This document shows, piece by piece, positions 33,062 through 48,000 of a stretch of 64,000 bases of DNA. Location of the stretch: positions 5,580,001 to 5,644,000 of the forward strand of contig OZ281500.1 in NCBI GenBank assembly GCA_965637545.1, read 5' to 3'. The notes beneath the pieces were generated by a model that ran no database searches, had not been told where the DNA came from, and saw only the letters and a list, made by a program, of their open reading frames with translations. The position numbers were made by a program, and so were the translations under genes. Position 1 is the stretch's first letter, and every line of letters begins with the position of its first letter. The DNA is from Phallusia mammillata (Eukaryota).

Positions 33062-36000
33062 TCAGTCGTTGTTGGAACTTATCCTCGCTCGTCTTCGTTG
33101 CGATTTGGGCGATTGAAGCAAATCCAGCAACGAGGAGTGACGTCGATTCATTGACGCGAGACGTTTTGCGGGTGACGTCACAGGCGATGACGTCATGCTG
33201 CGTGTCTGTTCGAGCCGCAGAGGTGTGCGAATTCGCGATGCGAGCAGCGCTACACAGCGGTCGCCGAACAGACGCAGACCGTCGTGATAGGTTGAAAGTC
33301 GGCGTCGAAATGGCTGCAGATAAGCGATACATTATTTGTACGAATATCGTAAAAAATAATTGCGTGATGTTAAAGGACACAAATTAGATCATTTGACTGA
33401 TATAATGTTGGTAAGTTAGTTGATACGTAATATTTTCACACATAAAATTATACTAATCAAAAAGCTGGAAGCCTAAAAGCGCAACAAGCAAACTTAAAGC
33501 AAAGCTTAAATACGAATAAATAAAGATAATCTAAATGTCAAGTTCGTGTATTGCGGATAAACTTAAATACCGACCACAAATATTGATGTCAGTGTGGACG
33601 CTTTTTTAGAACCGAGCTCAGTTCAGTATGAAGCTTCATGCCGAGTACTCCCCGCTGCAATAAAAGTTGAAAATAGATTGTACAAAAATGTGCGACTAAG
33701 ATCATATTTGCATCTTTTAGTATGGCTATAGTTAAACCCGCCCAAAAATTTTCTGTAATGATGTATCTTTGTCAAAAGAGCGTGCACCATCGTACAAAGA
33801 GCCTGTTACGTTGTGAAAAACACCCAAAACATCATCCATGTGACAAAGCAGTTATTGTAATCCCGTATATTATCGCTATGGACATGTGTTGTTTCGCTCG
33901 TGCACTTGCGGTCTCACCTGACTATCCGGTGCTGGACTTAGCAGTGAACCTGGTCGTCGGGTTCCGTGTTCAAACGACGACTGGCGGTTTACTCCCATGT
34001 TGCGGGTTGGTTGCTGTATTCCCGCGTACTCCTGTTGCGTGATTGGTGGCAAAATTAGCAAGCGATCATGCGACATGCGCGAATGCCGTTGAAAATTGTT
34101 GAACGTTTATTGCATGTATGTGTCGACGTGTAAAAATTTATGGAACTCTATGCTTCAATTGTTCTTGGAAAAGTGAATAATTTTACAATTGCTATGCTTA
34201 ATTAAATCAAAAAAGCTGAAATGAAACATAAATAAATTTTGCCTTCGCACTTTATAACAAACAGCTGAAACAAACAGCAAACGGTTTTGTAATAATAATA
34301 GGAACTTACAGATTCGTTGTCAAATGGGAAAGGTGTAGGGGCTGCTGCCTCGTAGAAATTGTCACGCACTCCTTCGTCACTTCCGTTTGACGATTGCCTC
34401 CGCAGCGCCGCCTGGCGGACTGCCTCCCCGAGATCTTGTTGCGAAATTGAAGGGAATTGAGCTCGCCTACCTCTGTATCAACAGAACTGATTGTTTCAGT
34501 ATACCTGCTTTGTTTTCTCACTGACAGTCGCATTTTTGTGGCAAGTGTATGTTACGAAAATGTTTTAAAACTGATACTGGTTGCAGTTTAGGCACTTCGT
34601 TAGGTATAACCACTGCGTAATACAGTGTATGGTTGTAGTATGGCAAACTACGTACAATGAATCTGAGGCTCTTCGAGGTGGGCTGTCTTCCTTTGGCGTT
34701 GCGTTCTTTGGAGAATCAGGAGGGGTGATCCCCTGTGGGTGCTGTAAAAGTGGATGTATGCTTATTAAGTTGTCCTTATCATACCTCAGTGGATTACTGT
34801 TTTTAACCCAGTTGTTCTCATTGGTCAAAATTATGACAATAGATGACTGCCCGAGATTAGAAGAAACGTTTGAAGTGTAACATAGGCTATCAATTTGACA
34901 TGAAGTTTTCATAAAATGACCTAACATTTGAGCTGTTATTTGTGTTTGATAAACTACCTTGTGCACAAGCACGTGACCAATCCACCGGTAGACCAGAGAT
35001 TCCGAATCGACACAAAATTGTCTCGTAGTTTCACCCCGCGACGCCAGCGTAAACCCAGATTTCCTGTTACACAATGTAAAATAAATTCTTACGTGTTTTA
35101 GGGTATTTTTAAGTACTTTTTTATCAATCAAATTTACTAAATCATTAAGTCAATCATGTTCACTATATTCTTCATCCACCAAGCAATCAGCTGGGAGAAG
35201 TTTAAATATACTGTAATTATATTAATAACTTTGTAAAAGCCTTCTGTGAGTTTACCTGGTTACGGGTGGTTTTGTTTTTCTATCCACGCCTACATAGATG
35301 TAGTAGTGTGATAAGGTCACGGTGGTCTGTCCTTTGGCCTTTTCCTGTGCGGATAAAAATCGACGTTAAAGGCGAAATTGGATTTCCTAATCTTCCACCA
35401 AATAATAAAACATGTAAAATTAAAACCGACAAATTAAGCATTATGTTAAGATGTGAAACTTAAAAAGAAAAGTTTTTACCCAATACAATGTTAGTCTGTG
35501 AAGCTTTGTATTGAATAAAAATATATTGTTTGGTGTGTAATCAGTTGTGCAGTCGAATTAAATAACGCCTTGTCAAATTGCTACATTTTAGCAGAGATGA
35601 TTGCCCCCCCAACACACATTTTACAGTTGGAGGAAGGGTTATGCTGCTCTTCTATTAATGTAAATTTGTGTAACCTTAAACCATACTATTTTTTTCATAC
35701 AGCAGCCAGGAAGCCAGGATATTGTAGCTATAAAGCATTACTTCTGGGTGATATTGATACCGTCGTCGAATTGCTTTTAATTGTCAAAATGATGATAAAA
35801 AGGTCGGAATTTTTTGCTTGTTAGTGTACAACATAAGACGGTTTTGATTAGTTTAACTTAAAACCGGAAAAAACGAAATTAAAGGAAGGTCACCACCATG
35901 TCATGCAACTTCGATCAATCAACTATCAAACGATGACAATTGATCGAAAAAGTTTAATTATTACGTCATTAACAGCCGGGGTTCGCGGAAGTTTTGCGGA

Positions 36001-39000
36001 TTTCTTTCGCCAATTGGCCGGTGTCATGTCACGAACTGATGCGCCCTCGTTGCTCTATGACGTAAAAAATCACCTGAATCATGTGGTGACGTCATTCCAT
36101 ACGCCATAGCGCGTGGCGTCATTTCAAGCTGGATTAGGATTGATATGCTCCATATAAACTTTGATTGGTCGAAATAAACAAATAATGGTAGCGACAATGC
36201 TCACGAATAGAGTGCCTACTACAGGGGTGTCCAAACTTTTTTTGACGGGGGCCAATTTTTACCAGGTGAATACGCCCGCCGGCCAACGTTTTTTGGACTC
36301 AGAACACAAATATACGGGATTTAAGGAAATTGTGGGATTTTGTTGCGTCAGCACCATGTACACTTCCTTTTTTACCGGTGAATAAAGTTCCATGGAAAGC
36401 TTTTGCGTGAAGTGGCAAGTCGCCAAAACCCAAAAACGTAATCCAAACTATATGACGTTACATACACAACAGAATTTGAACAAAACAGCCGCGGGCCACG
36501 TGAAATGACGCCGGGGCCGCACTTTGGACACCCCTGGCCTACTGCCTTCTTTTTTTTTGGTTGATATAGATACAAAGCTATGATCATTGTGTTAGACCTT
36601 TAAAGTATATCTACACAGGTTTCCGCATTATTCAGGACTTGTTTAACATACACAGTGCAGTGCTTTACGGAATGCGGAACTTAATAGTGATAAATCACTA
36701 CACTCATTTTATTGCAAACCAAATGGGTAATTTTTCGACTTCCAAAAATCACTAACATCTGATTTTCCAAACGCACACAGACACAATCTCGTTCCAACAA
36801 GATAAAAAGAGTTTAAACACTTTCTAAAATGGAAACAAAACCCTCAAAATCACTAACATTTTGTTAAAATTTATGGGAAGAATTTCTACTTTGATCTTGA
36901 AGTGGAATAGCTATAGAAGGGTGACATTGTGTCTGTGTGTACAATTGTCCACCGGATTTTTGAGTATATACGTTACCTTCATGTATTGCATAGTGAGAAC
37001 GTCGTCGACTAAACGTAGACTCGCGTTGACTTTTACCCATTTCTTTTTAGTCTCCAAAACTTTCAGTTGCCCTTCGCACAAGATGTTGGTATCGGGCGCC
37101 TTGGGCTGGTAAAAATTTTCAAAAAGTGTTAAAAATTCTTTTTTTTTACATTTAGGATTGTTCTGCTATATTCAAACAATGTACACCATAAAATGCTTTA
37201 GGACTTAATATTCGTGCGTTGTTGCAAAAGTGTGAAGTTTATTCTGTTATTGTTCTTCCCTTGTCTGCATTGTATAATTTACCTGAAAAAGTATGCAACG
37301 TACAACTTTTAATAATCGTTACTTAGTTTACCATATGTTACTTAGCTTTGGCCAGGTCGATAAACCATTGTCGTAAACTATTTTTGGTGTTTACAACTTT
37401 TCTCGTTCTTGAAGTTGGCATAAAGTTGCTCACCTGCTGAAACCACCTCATTTTGTCCCGGATGTAATCGTGTTTTGCCACGAGGTAGTTGGTCGAAGGC
37501 ATTTCCCAAGCTTTAATGACAGATAACACGTGTTCGCTGTAGTGCAGGGGCCTTTCCGCATCGCCGTCGAGAATGACCTCGTATAACCCCCAAGACTTGG
37601 CGGGGTAACCATGGGTCGAACAAATTCGTCGTACCAGCTCACCGGCGTTCATGTTTACCTGTGCGAAAGTATGTAAATTAGAGTGTGTTTGCAAAAATGT
37701 GGAAAAGACCTTTTTCAGGTGTAACATCACATGTGGAAAGTTTTTTGTCGTAACTTTATTTGAAAAGATTGTGTATTACTGCATCGTAACGTAATTTATG
37801 TTACCTTTTTTTATAACGTTACCTTGTAATTGACACATTTGTCATCCTTGTTGTTGATATAAATTGGAACCATCATGTCGTAATCCAATGTGGTTAACTA
37901 TAACCAAAACACATGAAATATTACAACGGTTTAATCACAAGAGAAATTGCTACATTTTAGTGTTTTGTGTGTTTACCATGTTCTGCTGTTGTGTGGCTTG
38001 ACTGATTTTTCCCTTTGCTTCAAGCATTAGCCTCTCCTTTTCCCGGTCAACTTCGGTAACCTGCCCACATAAGTTAGTGTCAAACTCAAAAGTATATTTT
38101 TTTCAATTACTTAGTTACTTTAAATAGGTGTCCGATTCTGACCGAAATCGGTAAGAGTTGTTCAAAGGGTTGATAAAAGCTGGCGTGGCATGTAGAATTT
38201 GTTCAGGTGACTACTTACGTCAAACAACCATCCGTAGTTTTTGATAAGGTCTTCAATGCATCCTATTTCAAGAGATGTTTGTCCGATGTATTGTGCTCCG
38301 TCTTCGGCTTGTGGTTCCATTAACGTCGGGCCGAACACAATTGCAAGATTGTGTTGTGACATGTCGTTTTCGCCTTCATGGCTTGCAACGCTGTCGAAGC
38401 AGCAAACGTTTTTGACACAAGCGGTTCATTTCTCCGATCAATAATACATTGTGTGCTCAGTCGGACTTTAAAGCAGTGTTTTTCAACCTTTTTTGAGCCA
38501 CGGAACACTTTACGCTTTAAAATAATTTTGCGGAACACCAAACGAAATTTTGATGCAATGAAACAACTAGGCTCAGGGTGACACTAAAACGCCAAATCGC
38601 GGGAACCGCAAATTCGCACATCACGTAGTCACCAAAACGGATGGAAACACTTATATAGCGCTTGTGAAGTTGTTGGGAGGTTTAATAAAAACGAAACATT
38701 AAAACAAGTATTGTACCTAAATACAATATTTGCCTAGCACTGGCTGTTCCGTGTTTCATAGTTTTCCGTGCAAACGGTTTTGCTAAGCGTCAGAAAACTT
38801 GTTGATCTCGTTTCGGTTGAGACAAGGTTTAAATGTTGTATTATTCTTAAAGCTTACGCAAAGCTAAATTGCATTAAGCGTCAGCAATTTACCCTTGATT
38901 CAGCTATAAGATTATTAGACAACGAGTCTTATTTTTACACAACAATAAATCAAGCCAATTACTATAGAACATTTAAACTGGTGGTTGCGGATAAATACTT

Positions 39001-42000
39001 TCACAAACCAAAAGCTATTTATGCCCATTGTTTTAAACCAGTGATTTTCGACATGGGTTCGACATGAAACACTAGTCAAACCACAGAAGTCTGAAGCATT
39101 AGAATCCTATATTCAAACCAGTAAGTTTCTCGCGGAACACCTGACAATCTTTCACGGAACACTAGTGTTCCGCGGAACACCGGTTGAAAATCACTGCTTT
39201 AAAGAATCAAACATTTGCGCATATTGTACATTATATTCAATGCATGTCAGTTGTTCATCGATTAACTTCTGACACTGTTAACAAACACTGTACTTACTTG
39301 TTAAGGTGAACAAGCACCACTTTTAATGTGTTTCTGTTAATTTCGGGAAGTCGATCAACGAGGTGTTTGTACCACTCTAATTTTCTTTCGTAGATTGTTT
39401 CCTCTGTAAACACAACAAAATCTTGTAAAAATGTTGATTATGGTTTGTTGAATTTGCCTAAAATCCAAGCCATTTTACAAATATACGTTTCTTATCAGTA
39501 CCTCAATTTAGTGTGTTTTTTAGTTCTACTTTGATTCATTGCATGTAGGCGATACCTTTACACCAATAGGACTTAGAAATGCTGACAAAACTTACGTGTA
39601 GTTTCCAGCCACTGGTCATGCAGATGATCTGTTAGCAATGACCCAGGAAGACTTTTAAACCAGCGCTTCAGAGCGTTGGCCACATCGTGGACGTTAATTT
39701 CCCCTTCGTGCATTTGAGTCTCTCTTGCGTTTTGCTTGAACTCGCTCAGTAACTGTGTTGTTCGGCTGTGGGTCCCACTTAACCGGTAAATCCCACGAGT
39801 TGTGAGTCCTGTGTGGAACGAAGTAAATACATTTTGACACATAGTGAAAGAGACACATCGATATTTAAAGTACTTTATGTCTGAAATTTTCATATATTCG
39901 TAGCCTTTTGTAACGGGGTATACAAGCCAGTAAGCCCAGTCACCGGACGATGACAAAAATCAGTGGTATTTTTACACTGAGATGTTGGCCTAAACATTTT
40001 GCCTTGAACCTTGAAAACCAATAATTGTGTACTCGTCACATACCGTATTGTTCAATGTAGGTCATGCACTTCTCGAGTATGATTGGCACGCCTTCGGATG
40101 TGAGCTGTTGATCCTCAAGTCGCGGACCGCAATCACCGTCGGCTTTCTTGATCGCAGTCAACCAAGATTCCGTGTCGGGGCGGGTATGAGAATGAAGGTA
40201 GTAGGTCCTTAAAATTTGATACATTTTAATGAGGGCAACTGTTAGAGCAGGAGCAATTTTGAAAGCTTGTGTCATTTCAATTTATATAGTAGTTAAAAAC
40301 TAAATTTTAGCACAGTACACAGCAGTAAATGACTTGTAGAAGGAAAATAATTTATATACTTTTTTTAAATATACTTATTAAGAGAGGAGAGTATTGACGT
40401 GTACTGGGGAATTTAATAAAATCTTACTTTTCCTTGAACACTATCATAAACACGGGTATTGTAGCCGATTGATTGGTAACAGATATACCTGTCCCGTCAT
40501 GTGTCTGGTCCAGACCTGCAAAGTTCAAAGCATGTGTCGTCATAACAACTTTTAAGTTGGAGATTGGCTGAATTCTCCAGCACTAAAACAATTACTTCAA
40601 CGCTAGCTTGAATGTTGTTTTTTGTAAGATCATTTTTTATTGTCTCGTATTAACCAATGGGTAACTCACCGACTTGCACCATTTTTCTGAGGTCTATTCT
40701 CTCCATGGTCCTTGAATCGTTGTGAAAATAGTAAAAGTTCTTTCCTTTAAGCCGACACCAAGTTGAAACCCATTCCTGAATTTAAATAAAATGACATTAT
40801 TTGCCTAAATCACTACAGAACTTAGTGATCACTGTTCACATCATTGTTGTATAAAGCAAATTGACTGAACTATGTTCTTACACAATCTGGCCCAATGTTA
40901 CCAGTTTTTATCTATTTCCAGCAAGTAAGGATAAACACACTCAATGGCCGTACTGAAAAACTTTTGAATGCAAAATAAGTTTTCTGCTACAATGACAAAC
41001 ATAACAAACAAAACTACATTCAGCAACCTTTATGTCCAAAGTTCTTTCATGCAAATAATGTATTGATGTTTCCTAAATTTTACTGATTTATAGAAACTTT
41101 AACGGGCCGTTACAAAATGCTTTTCAACAAAATCAATGGTATAAAAACATAAGAACAGATACGTTTTTATACGCCTTGCGCGTTTATACAGGCTTAGAAA
41201 ATAGAAACCGTTTTGGAGTGGCTATGTTTAAAGGCGACTTAAACAGTGTTGTCGGGTTTTAAACTTTATTCGGCATTTTTCGGGAATAAGTTTTCTTACA
41301 CTTTGTAGACCTATAAAAAAGAAACAAACGCTTTTCCAACAGCATCTTGTCCAGAAGTCTTGGACATCACGGGAACTTATGCTTCATGCCATCACCAACG
41401 ACATAACACCAATCCGATGACATGCCCTTAACCATGCGAATCTTACATCAGTGCTTTCAGGTCTCACCGAGCTCTTTTTGGCCCAGTGTTGCGTTTTCAA
41501 CCACATCTTTCCAACACGGTCGTAGTCAAACTCCTGTTTCAGGGCGTTTTGGACGCTCGGAGGTAGGATTGCCTGCAGGAGTCCTCGTGTCCATTTTGTG
41601 AAGGTTTCTTTGCGGTCGGCGCAGAAAAGATAGGTGCGCCCAGTGGTTCGGCCAATCTCAAAGCAGTATTGAAAGCTGTTAAAACAATAGAAACACAACC
41701 TTAGTATGTTCACATAACCAAATACAGAGTTTTTACAGAAATGGATTTTCCGCACAATGCTGTTTAGATGTTAGCGTTGCAATGATTTCCATGGCCTTTT
41801 TAATGTTTTTTGAGCAAAATCACTTTATATCTAAACGTATCGATAAAACTCGAATTGATCGACCATTCTTCAAACAGGAAACTCTTACCCGCATTTTGTA
41901 GCTTGTTCGGGCTGACAAATTCCGATGCTAATAAGCTCCGAACAATCAACATCGTCCTTGAGGATGGTGGTCTTTTCAGGGTCGTAATATTTCAACCAGT

Positions 42001-45000
42001 TGTTCTCAAGAACACAAAGTCTTTTCTGAAAGTCTACATTTGCAAAAAAGCGGATAAACATGCTGAATTTGACACGATTTTGTGGCTGTTCAAAACGAGT
42101 TTCTCTGAATGCTTTCAAATATTTCGGTGTGTGTAGGTCTAGAAACATGGTATCCCGTTGAGGAACTGCCTATTTTTTTTATTTGTTGTTTTTATTGAAG
42201 CTATACTTTTCAAGATGGGTGTAATAAGTAGTTTGGAACATTACATTCTATTACAAGTCTGGCCGAATACATTTACTACTTACCTCCTTGTTGAAGAGCG
42301 GATCTGATTGCTGATCCGAACATTGAAGGTTTTTGTTCTCCGCCCGCATTTTTAGGATTCTTAAAGTCACCTCCGTATTTCCACAAACAATCACGCAGCG
42401 TCACCGGTGGCTTGGCTCTAGTGCGGGGGAAAGAATCTTTTTTCTGTACGCTGGTGCTCTGGACAAAACACACATTGATTTATATTGAAGACAATAAGTG
42501 CATTTTTTAGGTGGTTACATATACATGATATTGATTTTAATTTATCATGTGGTTTCGTACCCTGTTTGTCACGTGACCTTCTGGACTCACAGTCGCTGTT
42601 GCCCCGTTTTGTTGAAGAAATTCCTGAAAAAGTAAAGAAAAAAGTATGTGACATCTGCACACTTTAATGCACACATTTTTAATGGGTATTTAACCAGTGT
42701 CACTGTTAATGTAAATTGATATGCTGCAGGCACTTACTGCCATTGCTGTGTATCCCAGGTGCTTGGCAAGTTTGTACGCTAAAAGAAAAAACAAGGCGTT
42801 ACCACACTGTCACCATCTTAATCAGTAGCTAAGACTCAATGTGTGTGTTAAAGAGTCTGTTATAAAAGCTTTGCGCTTACGAGTTTTAGCATGCTCTTTC
42901 CCGGTGTCGCAGTTCGGATCAGCCCCACTAAACACAAGCATGTAGGCCTCAGCGAGACTGTTGTTCCGCACGGCATTGATCAGGGACTGTAAAGATAGAA
43001 AAAATAAGATATTTGGTGTTTCAAACACAAATTGTACGAACTATAGACCGTAAGAAGTCAACTTACCCGGTTCAGTTCGTTTTGATTCCCGGAATTTCGG
43101 TGGACTTCTGCGTACTGCATCTCTATGTATTTGCTGTTGATGTGCCAAGATCTTTGCTTTCTGTAAAATGAGATGGGTTTCTCGGTTTAATTTATTCAAA
43201 CCACTTGGTAAACGGTTCCTGGTTTTACCGTCGTCTGTAGCCTGATCGATGGTGGGAAACGCAGTTTTAGGCGAGTGCGTTTGCATACATAAGTTGTATT
43301 ATACATTCTGCAGTTAACTTTAGATTTTAAGATTATATATTCTTGTTATTACTTTCGCAGCACGAATCGTTATTGTATCAGTATATTTTACTCACTTATC
43401 TGCCATGTCTGTAATTGCGTCACCAGGTGACAACCGAGAGGCCCAGAACTTGTTTGCAGTCGCGTTTCCGAGCACAACGAAAAGCTGTTAAAACAAACGT
43501 TGAATTTTAAATATTTCTAAGTCAATAGTTGATTGAACCGTTTTTTTATGTTTTGGTCTTCAGACTTAGGAAGTTACAACAAACCAGCTCGCATTGCTGA
43601 ACAACACTTTCATACTTGTAAATGTAAAACACCCCAAGTAAAAATGTCTTTTAAAATTAAACCGTTTACTTTAGATTGTACACTTTTTAAAAAATAAATT
43701 GAAAATTGGCGGGTGCTAATGATAATTGAGCAAAAACTCTTTTTTAAACAAATATTGAATAAACTCCATTAAAACCCCTTTCCGACGAACCATTTTCATG
43801 TTGTCGTCCCAAATCTTGACATCCATCTTCAGAGACCGGACCTTGCTGTTGTGCACTCCCAGCTCTCGATGTACACCAGCACAGTGCTTGCAAATCACAA
43901 TAGCCAGGTTCACCGAAGCCCAGTCCGGGTCTTCACGTCCACAGTCCGCACACCGACGGTTGGCATCGGCCTGCCAGACCTCGTTTACAACCTTGTGACA
44001 TAAATAGTTTGTGTTTGAGATGTACACGAAGGCATGACAATTGATAGTTGGCGTTTAAAGCTCGTCTGAGTGTTTGGGTTGGATAATGATACGTCTCGGT
44101 GCGCTTTGGGTTCCTTTATAAGGCATTCTTTAGGACAGAAAATCAGTAATCTGGGCCCGAATCTAATAATTAGCTTTTTTGTTTTATGGTTTGCCTTGCG
44201 ACTTATACATCAAGATTATGCGATGTACGCAAATGTGTTGGGGCATGAAAATGTGGAAAATGATTTATTAACCCCAAATACATTAAGTTTGAAATTTTTA
44301 AAGCCTTAATTTCTCTTAGCTCGTTGCTATGCTAGTGAATGCGAGTTGTTAGTGTAACAATAATGCTCCTGGAATCACAACAATGCACGCAATGCGCTGG
44401 TATGAGGTAATCTGTTGATAGTAGTAACCGGCATTGTAAATCACCTTGTAATCAGAGAGGGCTTCCGCTATGGCATCGCTAAGAGCTTCCATCCACGATC
44501 GCTTGTCTTCCTCACTGTCTGCCGTGAAACTGTAAATAAAAGAAAGTTTTCTAATCTCGAAACATTTCCCTTGTGATCGCCAAGTTTTTGTCACTGCTTT
44601 TGTTAAAGTCCTATAAACCACCATGTCGTTTTGGCTATTGAAATACATTATTGGACGCTAAACATGTCAAAGACCTCATTTCAAAGTATGTATCCTTGAC
44701 AATTGTTTTCATGTAGGAAAAAAATCAGAACTATACCGTACTTAGTTTAACAGGCCACAGGCCTCATGGGTCAATTGTTATGTCCAGTTTGCCATTGTTT
44801 ACTTTTCTGGCATGTGCCCTTCCCGACAAAGAATTTTCGCTTGCAATAACCCTAGGGCATATCCACAAATAGCTGCAGACTATTTGACATTTTGCGAAAC
44901 TATCCAAATTTTCCAATTATTATAATAACGCCGTCGATCACAATGAATCTGTTGTGCGAAAAGTATTGTGCCCAACCCGTGCACTGGCTGAAATTGTGTG

Positions 45001-48000
45001 TTATAAGCGTTTGACGCAATTGGCACAGTTGACAATGCTTCCAATTAAACAAGAATAATGGTCTGTGTTATACACACTGACACAAACTACTATGATTATT
45101 TTCATTTGCATTCATACTGATTCTGCTAAACGGTTTACTGTAGGCAAAACTAAGGATCAAAGACTAGCACTATAATCATTATGAAACAATTTCCAAAACG
45201 ATCGGTTTGGTTCAATGGGGGTCCGCATAATGATAAACGTAACTCCACACAAAAATGCGAAGTATAAAAAAATCAGTCTTTCGAAACAAGCCCATGCACG
45301 GGAAGCTTTAATGAATTTCTGTATTTCTTCGAAATTGATACATTTTTGCGATTAGTCGTGCACGTTTGGTACTTGCGGCCAAAACAATTCACTACTAAAA
45401 ATCGAGCGCTACTCGGAAATCAAAGTCACGGGACTTACGTGAATGTTCTGTATGGAAAAACAACTTGAAACTTTTTCTTGTCCAGTTCCTTGACCGCTGC
45501 AAGCTTCATGGATAATCTGCACAATATAACAAGGTTTTTTTAACATTTCACTAAGTGGACAGTGCAGTTAACATATGAACGTTTAAAAAAACTAGTACGT
45601 TTAAGCCGTTTGGTTTCACTGTTTTCGCTATAGCCTTCAGTAGCAGCTTACTTACAGCATTATAACGACGTGCATATCTAAAAAGTTCGTTGGTGCCACA
45701 TGTGTCTTGGCTTTTGTCTGTGTTTTGAACAGTGATTAAGTATAAAACAATTTAAATGTCTTATTTGCATCTTTATCCAATCAATCAGATGTACGATTCT
45801 TTTGAATGGTGGAATGTACATAACCCGACATTTAAAGATTGTCAGCTTGTAAACAATGTGATTCTCAAAATAGCTTGTTTTCTGCAATCTTTACACAAAC
45901 AAGGCAAAATGTTTGACGACTTTTCTCAGGAGGTGAATATGCAGAGTTTTTTGTCTTTGCATTTTGTTTTTTGAAACTTTTTATCTTATCTTTGCCAGGT
46001 GTAGTTCAGTACCTACTACCTGATTTGTTTTTTTTAGCTTTACTTAGCATGAGACAAAAGACTAGACGCAGAGAGCGCTTTCTACCCAACAATGCGAAAA
46101 TCAAACAAAAAAGTTGTTACCTGGCAACGGGTTGTCCGAACATAAATTCGTTGTTGCTCTTATAGTAAGCAAGCTGTTCCCCTTTGGTAGCGAGATAGGT
46201 CTTCTGTCTGCTTCCGTCCATCTTCAAGAAACCCTCCTTGTAGGGCATATACATGGACCCTCCAGGCTTGAATTGGCCCTGTCCTTGTTTCTGAAACAAA
46301 ATCGAGTCGATTTATTGCCTGGAAATTTCAAGCTTGTTTTGCAAGCAACATGTAGACCTTTAGCTGTTATGTTGGTGCGTTGCAATTGAGTCTCTTTATT
46401 TGGTTAGCAAAAGCGTGCAAGCAAACATTTCCAGTTCAGAGTAAGTTAAAAAGTTCGTTTTCATGATCTTCTTATTTGTATGTGGTAGCACAAAAAAACA
46501 TAAAGCCAACAGCACATTTCAAAACGGCAACTAATAATCAGCTAAAAATTCGTTACCGCGCTGTTGCTATATCGCTTAACTTTTACGGCATGATATGTTG
46601 TTTACAGTTTTAGGTGAAACTTCAACAAATTACGTCGGTTGCATTGCCCACAAGTATACAAAGGGCCAGTTTAGGTTGCAAAGTACGCATATAGCCCTTG
46701 GTACGTAGTCACTCGACGGGCCTACTGTAAGTCACAATCCTTTCAACAACAAATACACACGATATATTCAAACTTTCTATCTACTAATGTTTCTAACAAA
46801 AGTGTTGGTAACCTTACATACCTGACAACAATTACTTGCCGCCAGAGTCATGGTTGCGAACCTTTATCCAGCCTCAAGCAAATAAAACGGCGGTTTTGAT
46901 TTTGTTTTGACAACTGTAACTATTTTTCTGCATTTCTACGGTGCTTGCGACATAGCTACTGCGCGGTCAATCCAATTTGAATTCTTGACCAATTGTACGT
47001 CACGAGTTTGCTTTATGACGAAGCAAACGTTATCACGACATTGTCGCACCAAGGAAAATGAACTGACCCGTCACGTAGCTAGTCTTAATTAATTATAATC
47101 AATTGACCATTCGGTAGTTGTAGTGGGAAATGTCATTAATGAGGTGATGTTTCTGCGGCCTTTATGGTGGCTCATAGTAAAATTATTTCAAACCACCGGA
47201 GTCCTAGGCTTGTCCATATCTTTTGTGAATAGAGGGGAAACAAATTTGGGTGGAAAATAATGTAGGTGAATTTTAGTTCCCAAACCACTTTTCCAAGCTT
47301 AACTATACCAACTAGAAAAGCATTTGCTTTCGTATTGCATAGTTTTGAGTGCTTTTATTTAACAAAAAATTTAATAGTCTCCGAAAATCTCCGAAAAGTT
47401 CCCGAAACTAGATTTTCAGCACATACGTCAATTCCACATGGTTTATTCTGTAATGTCGGCAGCCAAATAATAGCTGTAATTACGTGCTGGGGTTTTGTTT
47501 GTGAGCTAATTACTGTCATGCGCATAACCCTAGGTTTAGTGTACTGACGTTTTGACGTCGTGTTGGCAGCTGCTGCGTGGTAAAGTGTATTGGCTTGAGA
47601 TTTTTTTTGACTAACCCCGTTGTGACACGTCGTTAAACTATGTTCGCAAAGCCGTCAAGGTGGTTAAAAGTTTGTTTCAATGTATTGATTTGTGTGTGAA
47701 AGCAATGTTAGGACTGTATGTCTGATCAACGTAAAGGGTTAGAAAAGAGTAATCAGTTACTAAAACAAACTCGTCTGTAAGTGTTTGCCCTATTTTGAGC
47801 GCGAAAAGTTAGTTATATGGAATAACCACATAAGCAACAAAACACGTTTAGAATTTGTTCACATTCGCAACAAATATTATCGAGTTGATGACAAACCATG
47901 CATGAGTCTCGAACGTATTTTTGACTTCAAATGTAGATCAGTTCACTTGTGACGACTCACCATGCGGCAAAACATTGTACTTGCCAAAGTTTTGCACACC

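Noticed and set aside
33136-33192. Cluster of TGACGTCA/TGACGTC (CRE/ATF) palindromes that looked like an enhancer
   Set aside because: It lies inside the terminal ARAP coding exon (33313-33062), where ATG ACG TCA TCG CCT GTG ACG TCA encodes MTSSPVTS, so codon content explains it.
40489-40515. Apparent 27-nt ARAP microexon
   Set aside because: The frame continues open to the stronger donor at 40428, which supplies the PH4 strand (PVFMIVFKEK) and the phase required by the next exon.
42036-42139. In-frame extension of ARAP exon 18 from an upstream acceptor (ORF 41885-42148)
   Set aside because: The downstream acceptor at 42034 gives the better fit to the ARAP PH3 start (DFQKRLCVL); the extension is most likely an intron without stops.
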